A stretch of DNA of 57,816 nucleotides, the filler included, from Sphacelaria rigidula (lineage: Eukaryota): NCBI GenBank assembly GCA_964200075.2. It is 7 parts of 7 records of this genome, joined end to end, with 100 filler letters (N's around TTAATTAATTAA, not from the genome) between each part and the next. Parts side by side here need not be neighbours in the genome. Positions count along the whole stretch, not along the records: positions 8,276 to 16,449 come from CAXNAA020012024.1; positions 16,550 to 24,723 come from CAXNAA020012025.1; 5 more parts are not named here. One strand, written 5' to 3'. The notes beneath the pieces were generated by a model. That model worked only from the letters and a program-made list of their open reading frames with translations. It did no database searches and was not told the origin of the DNA. Every line of letters begins with the position of its first letter. The first letter of the stretch is position 1. Position numbers and translations under genes: made by a program. This document shows positions 11,773-24,040 of this stretch, in pieces.

Positions 11773-14700
11773 CTGATCCACGTACATCCTCGTCGACGAT
11801 CCCGTATAGCTAGAACTCCCCGGCAACCTTGGCAACGCCGCTACCTCCCGATATTTCTCGGGAATTATCCGTTCCCGCGGTCCCCTTGCCTTTCCGGTAG
11901 CAACACCGGTCCACACTATCGGGGCATCCGGCGACGCCCGTCCCCTAGTTGGTTTTTGTTTCTCGCCTACAACCCCTTGTTGACTGCCGCTGACATTGAT
12001 TTCCCAGGCATTAGGTCCTGCTGCTGCTGAAGAATGAAACGCACGGCTGTCGGCGCCCGCGGTAGCGACCGTGGGCATCTCGGAGCTCGTCGGCAGGCAT
12101 CCAATTTCCGACTGTGATCGTCCTTGACCCCCGACACCTGGCGAGATTGAAGTACTGTCAGTGGAAGCGCGTGCTCCTTGCACTAGAGCGGCAGCGTCGT
12201 CCACAGGCCCCGGCGACTTCATGGTTGACACCACTACGTCTGTTGCGGTAGTGGCCTGTGTTTTCGCTAGGCTTGACGCGTTGGTATACCGTACTGGTGG
12301 TGACGGAGGAGCAGCATCATCACTCGATCGTGCGGGTTCAGGCAGCGGCAGCGAACGGCAACTCGCGCAGATCTCGGTTTCCAGCGTCTTCCCACCGACA
12401 AGACGTCCTCTCAGGCCGTTTGCGCAAGCTGTGGCTTCGACCAGAGACGAAAAGACCGCACTCACGATGCCGACACCAACGTCGTCAGCTGTTCCGATGC
12501 CTTCGCTAGCCCTGGGGGAACTACTGCTACTACCACTGAAGCTACCAGTTGCGTTTTGTGCAGCGCGTCGAGGAACGTGCAGCGCAAGCACATTGCCGTA
12601 CGCACCCACCATATTGGATACGTCGGTGCACATCTCTACATACTCGTCGTCGTCTTCCAACAGGTCCTCGTCATCAATCAGGTTCCTTACAAACACACGC
12701 CATCGACCAACCTCCTTCACCATTTTCCCAGCCGTCTCACCTTCTTTGCCATCAGTGTACAGCGCTTGGCTCTCGCCGCCGCTGCGAGCAGGCTCATCGG
12801 AGTCACCATAGGTCGGCGTCGGGAGCTGCTGCGAGGGCGACACATGCGGTGGCACAACTCGTTCGGCCTCCACGAGTAAAGTGGCCTGTGGGGCTCGGCC
12901 TGATCCAGGCCCCACCTGTACAGCTGGTGCCACGGGTTTGTCCATCGTGCACCCGGGCACAGACGAACCGTCTGCCCGGGGAGGACTGCGTTTCTCAATA
13001 TCTAAAAGTGGCGATGTAATACCGAGATGGGTACGATACTCGCCCGGGGGCAGAAAAATATCGGCGTCTAAGTCCTTCCCTCCGACGCGCCGCTGCTTCA
13101 TTTCTATTTTACATGTTTCTGCTTCGGCGAGGGATCCAAACGTCACCATCGCTTCTCCCACTTTGCAGCAGCCGATGCTAATACTGTCGTTGGAGTCGGA
13201 TCCCTCGCATTCCGCGAGCCTCCTCGGTATGGACACTGCGAGCGGACGACCTCGAGCGCTCATCATTTCCGAAACGTCCTTGCACGCTTCCTCGTAGGCA
13301 TCGTCGTCTTCGAGATCTTCTGCATCGATCAAGTTTTTCACGACAACACGCCATACGGGAGCGACGGGGGCCAGAGACGATTTGCTCTCGCAAAAGTGCT
13401 CCTTCGATTTTTCTCCACCGGGCCGTTGTCCATCCTTTACCATAGTCACCATGCCATGCTTGCTGGCGTTCTCTTGCGGGCGGATTGTACCCTGTTCCGC
13501 GATCGAGGTCGCCGTTTGCAACTGTGTCCCCTCCGGCAGGGATGCCGCCACGCTCGCGGTTCGATCGTGTGATGTGGTGTCAGACATTCCTTCCACCGTA
13601 GTACCACTTTGAGAACTCGGGAGCGTGTCGGCATCCAGCAATATTTCCGCTTCCAATGTCCGCCCAGCCACGATCGATCCGTGGAACCCAACCCTTGCAA
13701 TTTCGGCCGTGGCGCGCATGGCAAACGTTATGACAGCGGTTCCGAGCCCTTCTCGTTTTTTACGAGGCACTTGTGCGCTGAGCACAGTGCCGAACGCTGA
13801 TGCCATTTCCGTCACATCCTGTACGATTTCTTGGTGGTCTTCGTCATCCTCCACATCTTCCGCGTCCACTATGTGGTGGACGACCACAACCCACCCTCGT
13901 TTTCCGATGGAAATTGCGTCACCGCCACCATCGCCCATGGAAGGGCCCAGGCTCGCGGTCTGAGTACCATTGCTGACTTTATCCGTCGCACTAACAACAC
14001 TGGCCCCGTTCCCTGCACCATCCACTTGAACACCTTGAATCTCATTATCCTCCCCAGCGTTCGAGGCGGCGGGGATTGTCGAACACGTCATCGCATTTTG
14101 CTTTTCGCTATTCGAACTGCCGAATATGTTTCGCACAGTGGCAGTCGTACCAGTATCTCCATCACCATCGCTGCCGTAGCCATCGCGAGGCCCGGTATCG
14201 TCATCAGCAACGCAGTCTCTCGCCACCTCAACACCCACATCGGTGGCGGTGGCATCGAGGACGGGACTCGAAGCACAGCCCGAAGAGAGCCCACATTTCG
14301 ATTGTGCCTCCGCCATGAGCTGTCCCCAACGCTCCGCTCTATCCAACAATATCTTCTTCTTGAGAGATGACAGCTTTTTCTTGCCGGGCCCCAGTCGCTG
14401 CTTACCTGGCTTCGGCGTGTCCGTCGACCTTGCGCTCATTAACCTTGGACCCGAAATCGACGGATACTTGTTGTACCCGCTAGCCGCACCGAAGCTCGGC
14501 GAAACAAATGCTCCCTTCTCAAATGACGGTCGGCCAAGTTGCTGCTGTCCTCCTGAGGAACCCGTTTGTTGTCGCGTGCGGACACGGTCGTGCTGTGATC
14601 GAGGCGCGCTCGCCACGATATGATCGAACAGTGTCAAGTCACGGCGACGTGCCGCCGCCTTTGGCATATTTCGTCCGACAGCACCGCGCCTGCCGCCGCA

Positions 14701-15201
14701 GTCGCTCCTGACAGGTGGTTGCTTCTCAATGCTCGGGTTTTGACTGGTCGAGTGCTGGTTCTGGTCAGCAGCACGGGGTGGGGCCTGGGGCCTGCGAGAG
14801 CTTGATACGCCGCCGCGATCTGCCGCTTTACCTTGTGACGGATTTGACATTCCTGTAGTCCCCTTCTTCAAGACAGACCCGGCAGGCGCTCTCCGAAGGG
14901 AATCTCTAGCTAGAGTAGTTGCCCTACCACCCTGCGCCCCGTCTTGCTGAGGGCTCTTCCCGATCGGTCCGCGTCGCTGCGATACTGCTGACCGAAAGGG
15001 TTGAACGTCATTCCGGGATGCAGCATTCGCTTGGTCAATCGCCGTTACGGTGCTACTATCTCGGATATTGCAGTTGACGTCGTGCGTTGGTGAGGCGAAC
15101 GGTCTACTAACACCCCTGCTAGCATCTTGGCTCCGACCACCAGCAGGCCCGCCCGATATTACTCTTCTTGTTTTTTTTGAGGCTCCTTTTCGGTCATGCA
15201 T
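11773..15201 (-). CDS. SECISBP2: SECIS-binding protein 2-like, large exon with K-rich motif and three UHM/RRM domains (gene 3'-partial; start codon uncertain)
   Basis: Part of the 1162-aa ORF. First ATG at 15201; GTAAGT donor after 11773. KPGKQRLGPGKKKLSSLKKKILLDRAER matches the SBP2 K-rich motif (human KKGKQREIPKAKKPTSLKKIILKERQER, recalled). Three U2AF65-UHM-like repeats at about 13637-13893, 13054-13353 and 12367-12702. L7Ae-coding exons were not found in this contig. Confidence 0.85.
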
Positions 15202-16549
15202 TCCCTTCAGCTTCACCGCTAACGTCGCAAATACAGCAGCAGTGCAGCAGAGCAGCAGTGTGGTGCTATAATCGCAGACCAGGCCGTGACAGGTTCAAAA
15301 CGAACCCATGAGTTCAGCCAAGGAATATGAAGTTCAGAACCAATTTCCGCTCATTGATAATATTTTTTGAACCTGTGTTTTGCACGCCTCTCGCCTGAGG
15401 CCTGATCACTCAGAGTCGTGGCCGCAAAGGGAAAATTGCCAACCATAACAAGGGCATTACTCCTCTGATGGGGGTATACCTCACGGCACTTGTGAGTGTA
15501 GGTAGCACTTTCACACACTAAGAGAATAAGCCATCGCCAGCAGAAACAAATGCAGATGGGAAAACCCCCGAGCAGCCACGTCTTCCCGGTGTGTTGATCG
15601 ATGCGTGCTCGAGGGTATGTCCGCTGGTACAAACACAGGATTTTCCCACAACATGAGGATGGATTTAAAATGAGGATGGATTTTTGTGAGGATTATTTAT
15701 TATATTTTGACGGCTCGTCTTGGATTGGGGTCGTATTTTCCACTTTTGGGACCTTCGGCACCCTTTATTGACTCCCCAAACCTGAAAAAAATGCGACAAT
15801 CAGCCCCCCCCCTCCCATTATTCTTTCCCCAGCCGAATTTATTTTCGTCCCAAGGCCGCGTTCTCAAAACCTCGGAGTCGATTGAACCTGAAAGTATAGA
15901 CACCTCTCGGTGGGGCAATAGTGCAAAGTGTACAAGACGTGTGATGCCGATGTTCCCTGTCTGGGGACCAAAAACCGCGTCAAAGGTCCCCCTATCAACA
16001 CGGGAATACAACCTGCGGATGTATTTTTTTCAGAATGAGCGAGACCACACAACAACAACATCACTCTCGAACTGAGTACAACACTACACAGTAATTTGCA
16101 TTTCGTTTTGGAGAATATCACATGATCGATGCAAGGGTCGGACGAATAATGATTCGTCTGAAACTCACACCCTACGCCAGCGATAATTTGTCCGACTCTT
16201 GACTCTTGAATCTCTGCCCACTTAATTTTCTCGTTTGACCCCCTTCCTCTTTCTGTGATCCCCGCTAATCGTGCGCCCACAGCATCACATTGCATGATTA
16301 CACGCGATGGCGACATGATGACCGAACGGTTTTTTACTTGGTAGACTAGCGTTAAGAATAACGGGATGGCATAACCCACCCCCCCCCCCCCCCCCCCCCC
16401 CGCCCACCAAAACGAACACATAAAAAAAAACAAAGACAAAAAAACCAGANNNNNNNNNNNNNNNNNNNNNNNNNNNNNNNNNNNNNNNNNNNNTTAATTA
16501 ATTAANNNNNNNNNNNNNNNNNNNNNNNNNNNNNNNNNNNNNNNNNNNN

Positions 16550-16762
16550 TACTCGCTTCGGTAATCGTCCGTCCGGTTGTCTAGCCAGGGCTCCCGCAAA
16601 CAGCAGTCGTCGAACTGAATCGGCATCAATATCCACTTGAAAAGAGTATGTATCATCCAGATGGACTACCCGCACCGGGGTCGAAGCTTTTACTTCTGAC
16701 TCGAATCTCTCCTTCGTCTGAGATTCAAAATAATGCTCACGACCATCGTACACCTGCACCAG
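16550..16762 (-). CDS. Possible exon of an unidentified gene, running off the contig
   Basis: Open frame with protein-like composition (VYDGREHYFESQTKERFESEVKASTPVRVVHLDDTYSFQVDIDADSVRRLLFAGALARQ). Candidate AG acceptors at 16763-16764 or 16754-16755. No family recognised. Confidence 0.3.
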
Positions 16763-17053
16763 CTATTTGGAACCATCACACAATATAGAGCCTAACAACG
16801 GCTTGCAAAATAATCGGCACCAATGAAAATGCAATCCTTGGGGTTCGGAGCGTAAAATGTTATTCTTAAAATGGAATAACTGAGAAGGGTGAACATTCGA
16901 TTCTTGAGAATGGTACCCGACCGGCAGGGTACCCTCTTACTGTACAAAATAATCGGAACAGGTTCGTTATGACATGGCGGTTTCGCGATTTCAACCAGTG
17001 GGTGGCCGTTAATAAAGCATGGTGGCTTTGTTCAAAGAATCTGTACCATAAGC

Positions 17054-17304
17054 GACTAATGCCGAGATAGCTCCCCCACAAAAAGTGCACGGGAGACCGT
17101 CCGACAAACCGGCTGCGATCCCACTATTGGGCTCATTTGCAGCAATGCCGCCCACATGAAAGGCTTGTAGCAGTCCGAAATCAGCTTTAACGCCCAAATA
17201 AGTCGCGTGGTGGAACACGATACCAGCTCTAACGGCATTTATGATCATCGCCTCCGTGGACATTTTTGGCCGGTTTGTGGGGGAGGGCTATCTCGGCAGC
17301 AGTC
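17054..17304. mobile_element. MITE with ~30-bp TIRs, family E
   Basis: GACTAATGCCGAGATAGCTCCCCCACAAA...TTTGTGGGGGAGGGCTATCTCGGCAGCAGTC. Second copy at 48646-48894. Confidence 0.75.
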
Positions 17305-20300
17305 AAACATCTCAACCATATAAAAATCTCTAATTTGAACTAGAGCACGCATAACATTCCTAATCAGATTCCATTAGCCTTCCATCTACCATTGGGACCA
17401 CAAGCCAGGATGTCACTTTCGATTGTCAATGACGCAGCTGATCGACGGAGGCCGGTTGACCATCGTTGGGCTACGTGGTAAAATGGCTGGCACATCTTCA
17501 CAAGTACCGCTACCCCTCACGCTTACCCCAACCCAACGTATACCGAGAATCCTCGGGCAAGGGCGGAACATACATTTATTCGGCAAAGTGCGGCCTTGGT
17601 AGACCCCATATCGGCGCATGTGGCGCCGTTTTGAACGAAACACGTGTTGTCTACGCACGCCAGGAGCACACGGGACTGTCAGCCCCACCAAAATTCCGCT
17701 TCTCGTGGTTCACAGTCAAATCGAGAAATATCAACCATCTGGATGAGCAGTTGCACGCGAAAACATTTTCGAACATCGCCCACTACGAAAAAAACGACGA
17801 AAAGCTCCTTCTTCAGATGAAAACATTTGTCTACGGTATTATCATACCAAAGAAAGGCGACCGTCTCCAACTGCGATAAGTGAAAAAAGAGGAGAAAGGA
17901 AAACCTCCTGTTGAGGCCTTCCAACTGTGTTACCCCGGCTGATGAGCGCAAACGTATCGGAAGGTGTAGACTGGCACCCAGGATAGATGGGATGACAACA
18001 CACGCGCATACACCACATCTGCCCAAACCTTGGGTCAAGTAAATACCCGTGTATTTGACCGGGGTACTCAAGTACCTACGCTACCCGACCTTACCTTGCA
18101 AAATCGAAGCGGACATGAAAAGTATATCCGAGAGGAAAAATCCAAAACTCACTGCGGAAAACCGCAGACACCGCATTTTGTTCATTGTCAGCTGGATTTT
18201 AGTATAGAGGCTCTCGAAACCTCGCAATCAGGCGCAAGGGAAAAGTGAGTCAGACTCCTCTCGATGGTGTGATGCTGGATGTCTCAGACGTGTAGTGACG
18301 ATATTCCCTGTGTGGGTGCCGAAAGCTGGAGCAAACGTCCCAAACCTGCGAAATCCAACGAAAATAACCAACTGCAAGAAAAGGTTACAGCATCGAGTTT
18401 TGTTTCAAAAATACTGCATATGCACCCTCCGGTTGTGATGTATGGCCTCGCTCACCCTCTGACGAAACCCATCCGTAGTTTGTGAAACCCGTGTAATGAG
18501 TTGTTTTCTGGAGAGGAAGTCAAAGGTGTTTTCATGTCGGACGAATCAACTTACCATAACCCTTCGACGACGAAGGTAGGTTATCTGTTCACGCAGTAGT
18601 ATTTAGAATCAAATTGATGCTGAGTCAACAGATCATCTATGCTCGCGGTCAAAGGGTGAACTCGAGTTGACTCCCTTTGGCATAACTCAGGCGTACTACT
18701 TTCACTGGCTAAGCCATACCTTTATCTCAGCAGTACTGTTTTCACTGGCTGCGCTATACTATACAGTTCAGCGGTACCTAACCCGTAGCGACTTTTTTTT
18801 TGGCATAAAATGCGGTCAGACAATACCCGACATGTGTTTGGGCCTACGAAAATTGACCGGAACTTAACTTTGAGCAATTCTGCGGTAGGGGTGCACTTTT
18901 TGACCAAACTCTTGTCTGGTTCAGGGGCTCCTAAAGATTCTAGATGCATAAGACTATGGGTCAGGGCATCCCCGTTTGAAAATTCATTCGGGATATCCTT
19001 AGCACACTGAATAGTAATTCTGGAGCGCTCATAAGTCGTGTTTGGGATGACATAAATGGCTCCTAACAGTTCTAACCTCAGTGAATATCATTTCATCCCT
19101 ACCATAGGACCAGGCTCTTGTTCGTTACTTTCGGTTTCTACGAGAGCGTGGCTTAGGGCGTGTCTCCACACACTAGTTTTTGATCGAAATTATGCGGTGG
19201 AAAACAAAAATATCGATCTGATAGGTCGTAATTCCAACCATCGTCGTTAATTTGACAGATGGTTGAAATCACGGCCAATCAGATTAGGATTTTTGTCCTC
19301 CACTGCAATTTTGCGACCGAAAACTGATGTGCTAAGACCGTGTATTAAATACCACATATTTTTTCGATCGAAAAACAAGTGCGGTGGGATCGATTCGAGC
19401 GAATTCATTCTATTTCGCGAGTTGGGTCTGAGCGAATGTGCAAGTTTTCGATGAAACAAAGACAGAGGAATTCGCGAAGCGGTACACATGAGGTGATCCA
19501 CGGCATTTATGCCCTCAGCTTGCTTCGACTATCTTCGATAATTTTTCGCGTGCAAACAGAGGGGAAAATATGCCAAAAATAGTCTTCGATCGAAAACATG
19601 AGGAGGAAGGCACAAAGGGGCATTCGGCTCGTATCTCGCAGACCGCCCTGCCATGTTATACCATACCCTGCGGCACCGTACCGTACACCACGTTTCACTG
19701 CACTTGCACTACTTCAATACACTACGGTGCACTACAGGGTACTGTAGTGCTGTAGGGATATACAGTGCAGAGTACAGACAGTGCAGCACAGGCAGTGTAA
19801 ATACAGAACCCTGCAACAATATATATTGCGGTATGGTTAAAAAAAGTGATATCGTACAGAGTCAGTTGCACGGTAGTACGGTACGCAGCACCTAACAGTG
19901 GAGCATGGAAAATGGGGTTGACCTCCAAAATGGGGTTCAAATGGCACGCCTTTTTTGCAGGGATGACGCGAAACAGTTACACAGAGTGAAATCATCTCTC
20001 CCCCCCAAAGTCTGCAACAGTGGAGCAGCTGCGGCTAGGTGCACCTAACGAATGTGGGGTACACCTGTGTCGATGACGATATCACCAGAGAGAAGCAACG
20101 ACAGAGAGGAAGCTCCTCGCCCGTGTCCTTTGTGTGTCCTCGCTCGGCGATTACCAATCGCTCGAGAGACTGGCATCATTGACCTTACCAGCATGTGCCC
20201 AACTTCTCATGTACCGGTAGGCATGTTATTATATTGCTGCGCACAGCCTCCCAAAAAACATCGAGATGCAGGGGGGTGTCGTCTCTTCTTTTTTGTGGAG

Positions 20301-20350
20301 CTCACCAATACAAAGATCGATTTCTCTCTGCGTCTGTTTTTGGACAGGAT

Positions 20351-21995
20351 GCGCCTCTATGCGCTGGAAAACATGTTGTTAAAAAACAGGACAATGTTCC
20401 CGTCACCGTTACCCTTTTCTGTCACACACATGCCAGCAAGGACGGTGCTGCTGCGGCAAACATATCAAATTTGAACTTGGGGGGTGTTATCCATCGATAA
20501 TTTTACCCGACATGTGACCATCCGGGTGCCCGAGAACAAGAGCGTGCGACACGCTAGTTGGGGGGGAGTACGAGCGATCGAACTATTGTGGAGCCTTCTT
20601 AACATGCAGAGGCAAAAACATACCTCGAGTGGTGACCTAACGGTTGCTAACGTGGTGCAGAGGGGTACGTCCATGCTGCAACCTCGAGCACACACTGGCT
20701 TCGTGAACACCTCGGTCCAGTAGCTTTCCAGAATTAATTCCGATGTGAGGAGGTCATGCATTAAAGCTGGGGTGAGATATGATCCTACGAGGAAGAAGAG
20801 TGCTCTGTGATTAACCACTTGTTGTTGCAGTTGACACCTATGCCATCAACTGCCGACCGCAAAGGTCTTGTGGCTTTCAAGCAACGCTGGCGGCAGTACG
20901 GCAGGCAAACCCGATCACAGCTAGCTTTCGTTGCTATACTCTACTGGCTGCCGTCTGCGCAGAGGTGACCCACCGTAACATGTACCGAGTTTTGCAACAG
21001 CTGTGAAAACAAAACGAGCCGATGTTCTCAACTACGTCCACATGACACGACGACAGAGTGTTTGCCAGTCCATGTAACATTGACGGGGTCACAGAGAGCT
21101 TCTCGTGATGAAAATCCGCGTCTTCCCACACGCAAATAGTTTCAAACGCTTAGGTTTTCGTTCATGACGTGAAGTTGTTCATTTCACTTCGGTTCTGCAC
21201 TGATTGACTTTTGCCAATCCCGGCATAGTTTGGTTTTGCTGTTCGACAGTATCTTCGCACGTTTGACGGAACCCAAAGCGGCCACTTCTCCGCAGCTCTT
21301 GAGAGTCTTTTGCATTGTTTATAATGAGTTGAAAAGTGGAAGTGTTAATTTTTACAGCCCTCGTCGATTTCGGTCTTGTTACGAGGTAATTGTACAGTCA
21401 GTACAGACAGTAGAGCAACGGAAACTAGCTTTTGATCGGATTGTCTGGCGTACTGCCGCCAGCGTTGGTTGAAAGCCAGAAGACCTTCGCGATCGGCGGT
21501 TGATGGCGTGGGTTTCAAATGCAACGACAAGTGGTTGATCATGGAGCACTGTTGTTCCTCGTAAAACATACATCGCCTCAGCTTGTAATGAATGATTTAC
21601 TCACTTGAGAGTTGTGGCAAGCTACCGCGACACACGCAGCGGGTGGATGGGTGCCCAACATTGCAGCATAGAGGCACCCCCATGCGCCACGCCAGCAGCA
21701 ACTAGGTCAACACCATAGGTATCGGTTTTCACTCCGCATGACAAGAAGGTCTCCACAAGTGCTTAATCTCTCATGCACCCCCCCAACTGGCGTATGGCAC
21801 GCCCTCATCGTCGCGCACGGACAGGTACGAGTGCACATGACGGGCAAAATCAACGATAAATAATACCGCCCAAGTTCAAATTGGATCTGTTATTGCCGCA
21901 GCACTGTCCTTGCTGGCATGTGTATGAGAGAGAACAGAAGCGGTGACGGGAACATCGCCTTATTTTTCAACGACGTGTTCTGCAGCGCACAGGGG
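20351..21995. repeat. Diverged ~600-bp inverted repeat pair
   Basis: About 20351-20945 aligns by eye to the reverse complement of about 21395-21995, e.g. TGCCAGCAAGGACGGTGCTG vs CAGCACTGTCCTTGCTGGCA. Confidence 0.75.
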
Positions 21996-22163
21996 TGTTG
22001 ATAGTCCGATAAATGAGTTCAAGATACTGAAGTATAGTCACTGTCGTTGTATTCGTCAGGTATAAGTGAATCTTAAGAATGTTCTGTGCATGGATGCAGA
22101 AAAAAAGGTATTGCATGATTGATTGTTTTTGTAGGCATGCATATTAATTCACTCCGTGTACTA

Positions 22164-23101
22164 CCGTAAAAGTGCGAGAGATGGCACCGGGTGCGATCGA
22201 TTTTTTGAATGTTTTTTTCTCGGATTTTTTCGCATCCCGGTGCCATCTCCCCGACCGGTGCCATCTCCCCGACCCCGGTGCCAAAATGCAATTAAATTAT
22301 TCTTTTTGGATTATTCAACGCACTCCGGTGCCATCTCTCCGACCGGTGCGATGCCCAAACAAATGCAAACCGTGGCCTACATACATACTGATGATGCTAC
22401 AGCAGTGCTGAAAGCGGGCACCCCGGGGCCATCTCTCGCACCATCACCGCACTCCATACCGCCTTACAGCAACTCATCGGTACCGTTGTACGAGCAGATA
22501 AGAGTGTGATGTAATAGCGGGAAGAAACAGGAAGCACACACCAGACACATCTACATCGCTAGCTGTACACCGCGCACAACAACCCGAACCAGAAAAGGCG
22601 GCGAAATAGATGAAGAAAAAAAACTCTCCCGCCAAGACCCCGCCGATTTGTTTTGTGAGGTACCGTAGAGCACACACACAACCCAACCATGTCAGAGGAC
22701 GCAAGTGCCCAAACCACCTCCTCACAACCCAGTGGCAATGCTGCTACTGCTGCTCCTACTTCGGCTGCTTCATTTGGGTGTTACCGTACTTTGCTCGGAC
22801 GGAATGAGCGATTCTCCATGCGGATTAAATGAAAATAACAGACATCATCTTGCTTGAACCGTGACCACACGCAAAGTAGTGTTGCCCCGACAACATGTTG
22901 ACAACACTACACACGTGAAAGGTACCCATGTGTGTACATGCAGCAGCTCATGAGCGGCCCTGCTCCACCCGCGGAACCGTCAAAGTTGGGTTCCGGGTCG
23001 GTAACCCGGTGCGAAAATACAATTAGATCATGCCATCTTCACTATTTTTGCGCACCCCCGTGCCAGCTCCCCGACCGGTGCCATCTCTTGCACTTTTACG
23101 G
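22164..23101. mobile_element. Non-autonomous Tc1/mariner(pogo)-like element
   Basis: 27-bp TIRs CCGTAAAAGTGCGAGAGATGGCACCGG / CCGGTGCCATCTCTTGCACTTTTACGG (1 mismatch). TA on both sides. Internal CCGGTGCCATCTC repeats. No transposase ORF. Confidence 0.8.
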
Positions 23102-23394
23102 TATATTTCTCTTCTACCGCTCAACCGTTCATGACCAAGCTTGATCCGCAAGCCATGCCTCGTCCGCCGTGCCGACGTTGAGGCATCACCTATAACCTGC
23201 GACCTGCGTTACACTCAAAGGCAGAATGTCTGAACACACTAGTATCCATTGGGTGCCTCGTTACGGAGTGTGCAACATGGCCGAGGAGAGACAGACGAAT
23301 GTGTCCCTGAAAAATCAAGTTGGTGAAAACAGCAATGGGCTCAACGATGTTGCCAAGAAGACCGAGCTGCTAATAACAAAGTTACCTACTAGGC

Positions 23395-24040
23395 ATGATC
23401 ACCTGGCTTCTCGAGAAACTGACGGCTGAAACAGGACAGGAGTCCCCGCCGGCAGATCATGTTGACAGTGGAGATACCGGGATGGCATATGGCGCTATAA
23501 CGGTGGGTGCGGGTGCGGGTGATGGAGACAGAAGTGGCACAGCGATGACTGGTGACTACTTGTACAGTGGCAGGGATAGTGAAGCTTCGACTTCAGGATG
23601 GAGCGCAGACCGCATAGAGTACCCGATGTTCAGCGGCGCTGCCGAAGAATACAGCAAATGGGCGAGGGAAAGTCTACAAATGCTGAGCAGGAAGAGGGGG
23701 CGCAGATATGCCCTGGTGAGAGGTGATGATGTCACAGTCGAGTCGCTCGACTTGCCGCGCCTTACGAGAACATTTAGCATGGTCGAGATCAATCATGCTT
23801 AGGAAATATTCGCGGTACTGTTCTGCAACGTCGCGACACAGGCCGTAAAGAACGTCATTTTTACAGCAGGTAGACCGAGAGCAGCCAGGAGGAAACTGCG
23901 AGAGTGGTTCGAGCCTCGGACTATTCAAGCAGTAAACGAACTGATGAAGAAGTACAACAGCAGATCCCTGGGCACGTGTGAGGACCCAATCGAGCGAATC
24001 GCCGACATTGAGGCCATCAGGTCACGACTCGGGTGCTGCC
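23395..24040 (+). pseudogene. Degenerate Ty1/Copia gag-like relic
   Basis: RIEYPMFSGAAEEYSKWARE...HA*EIFAVLFCNV...RAARRKLREWFEPRTIQAVNELMKKY...EDPIERIADIEAIRSRLG resembles Copia gag (UBN2-type). In-frame stop at 23800-23802. No pol follows. Confidence 0.5.

Noticed and set aside
12161-14623. Plus-strand ORFs of 100-216 aa
   Set aside because: Antisense shadows of the GC-rich SBP2 exon.
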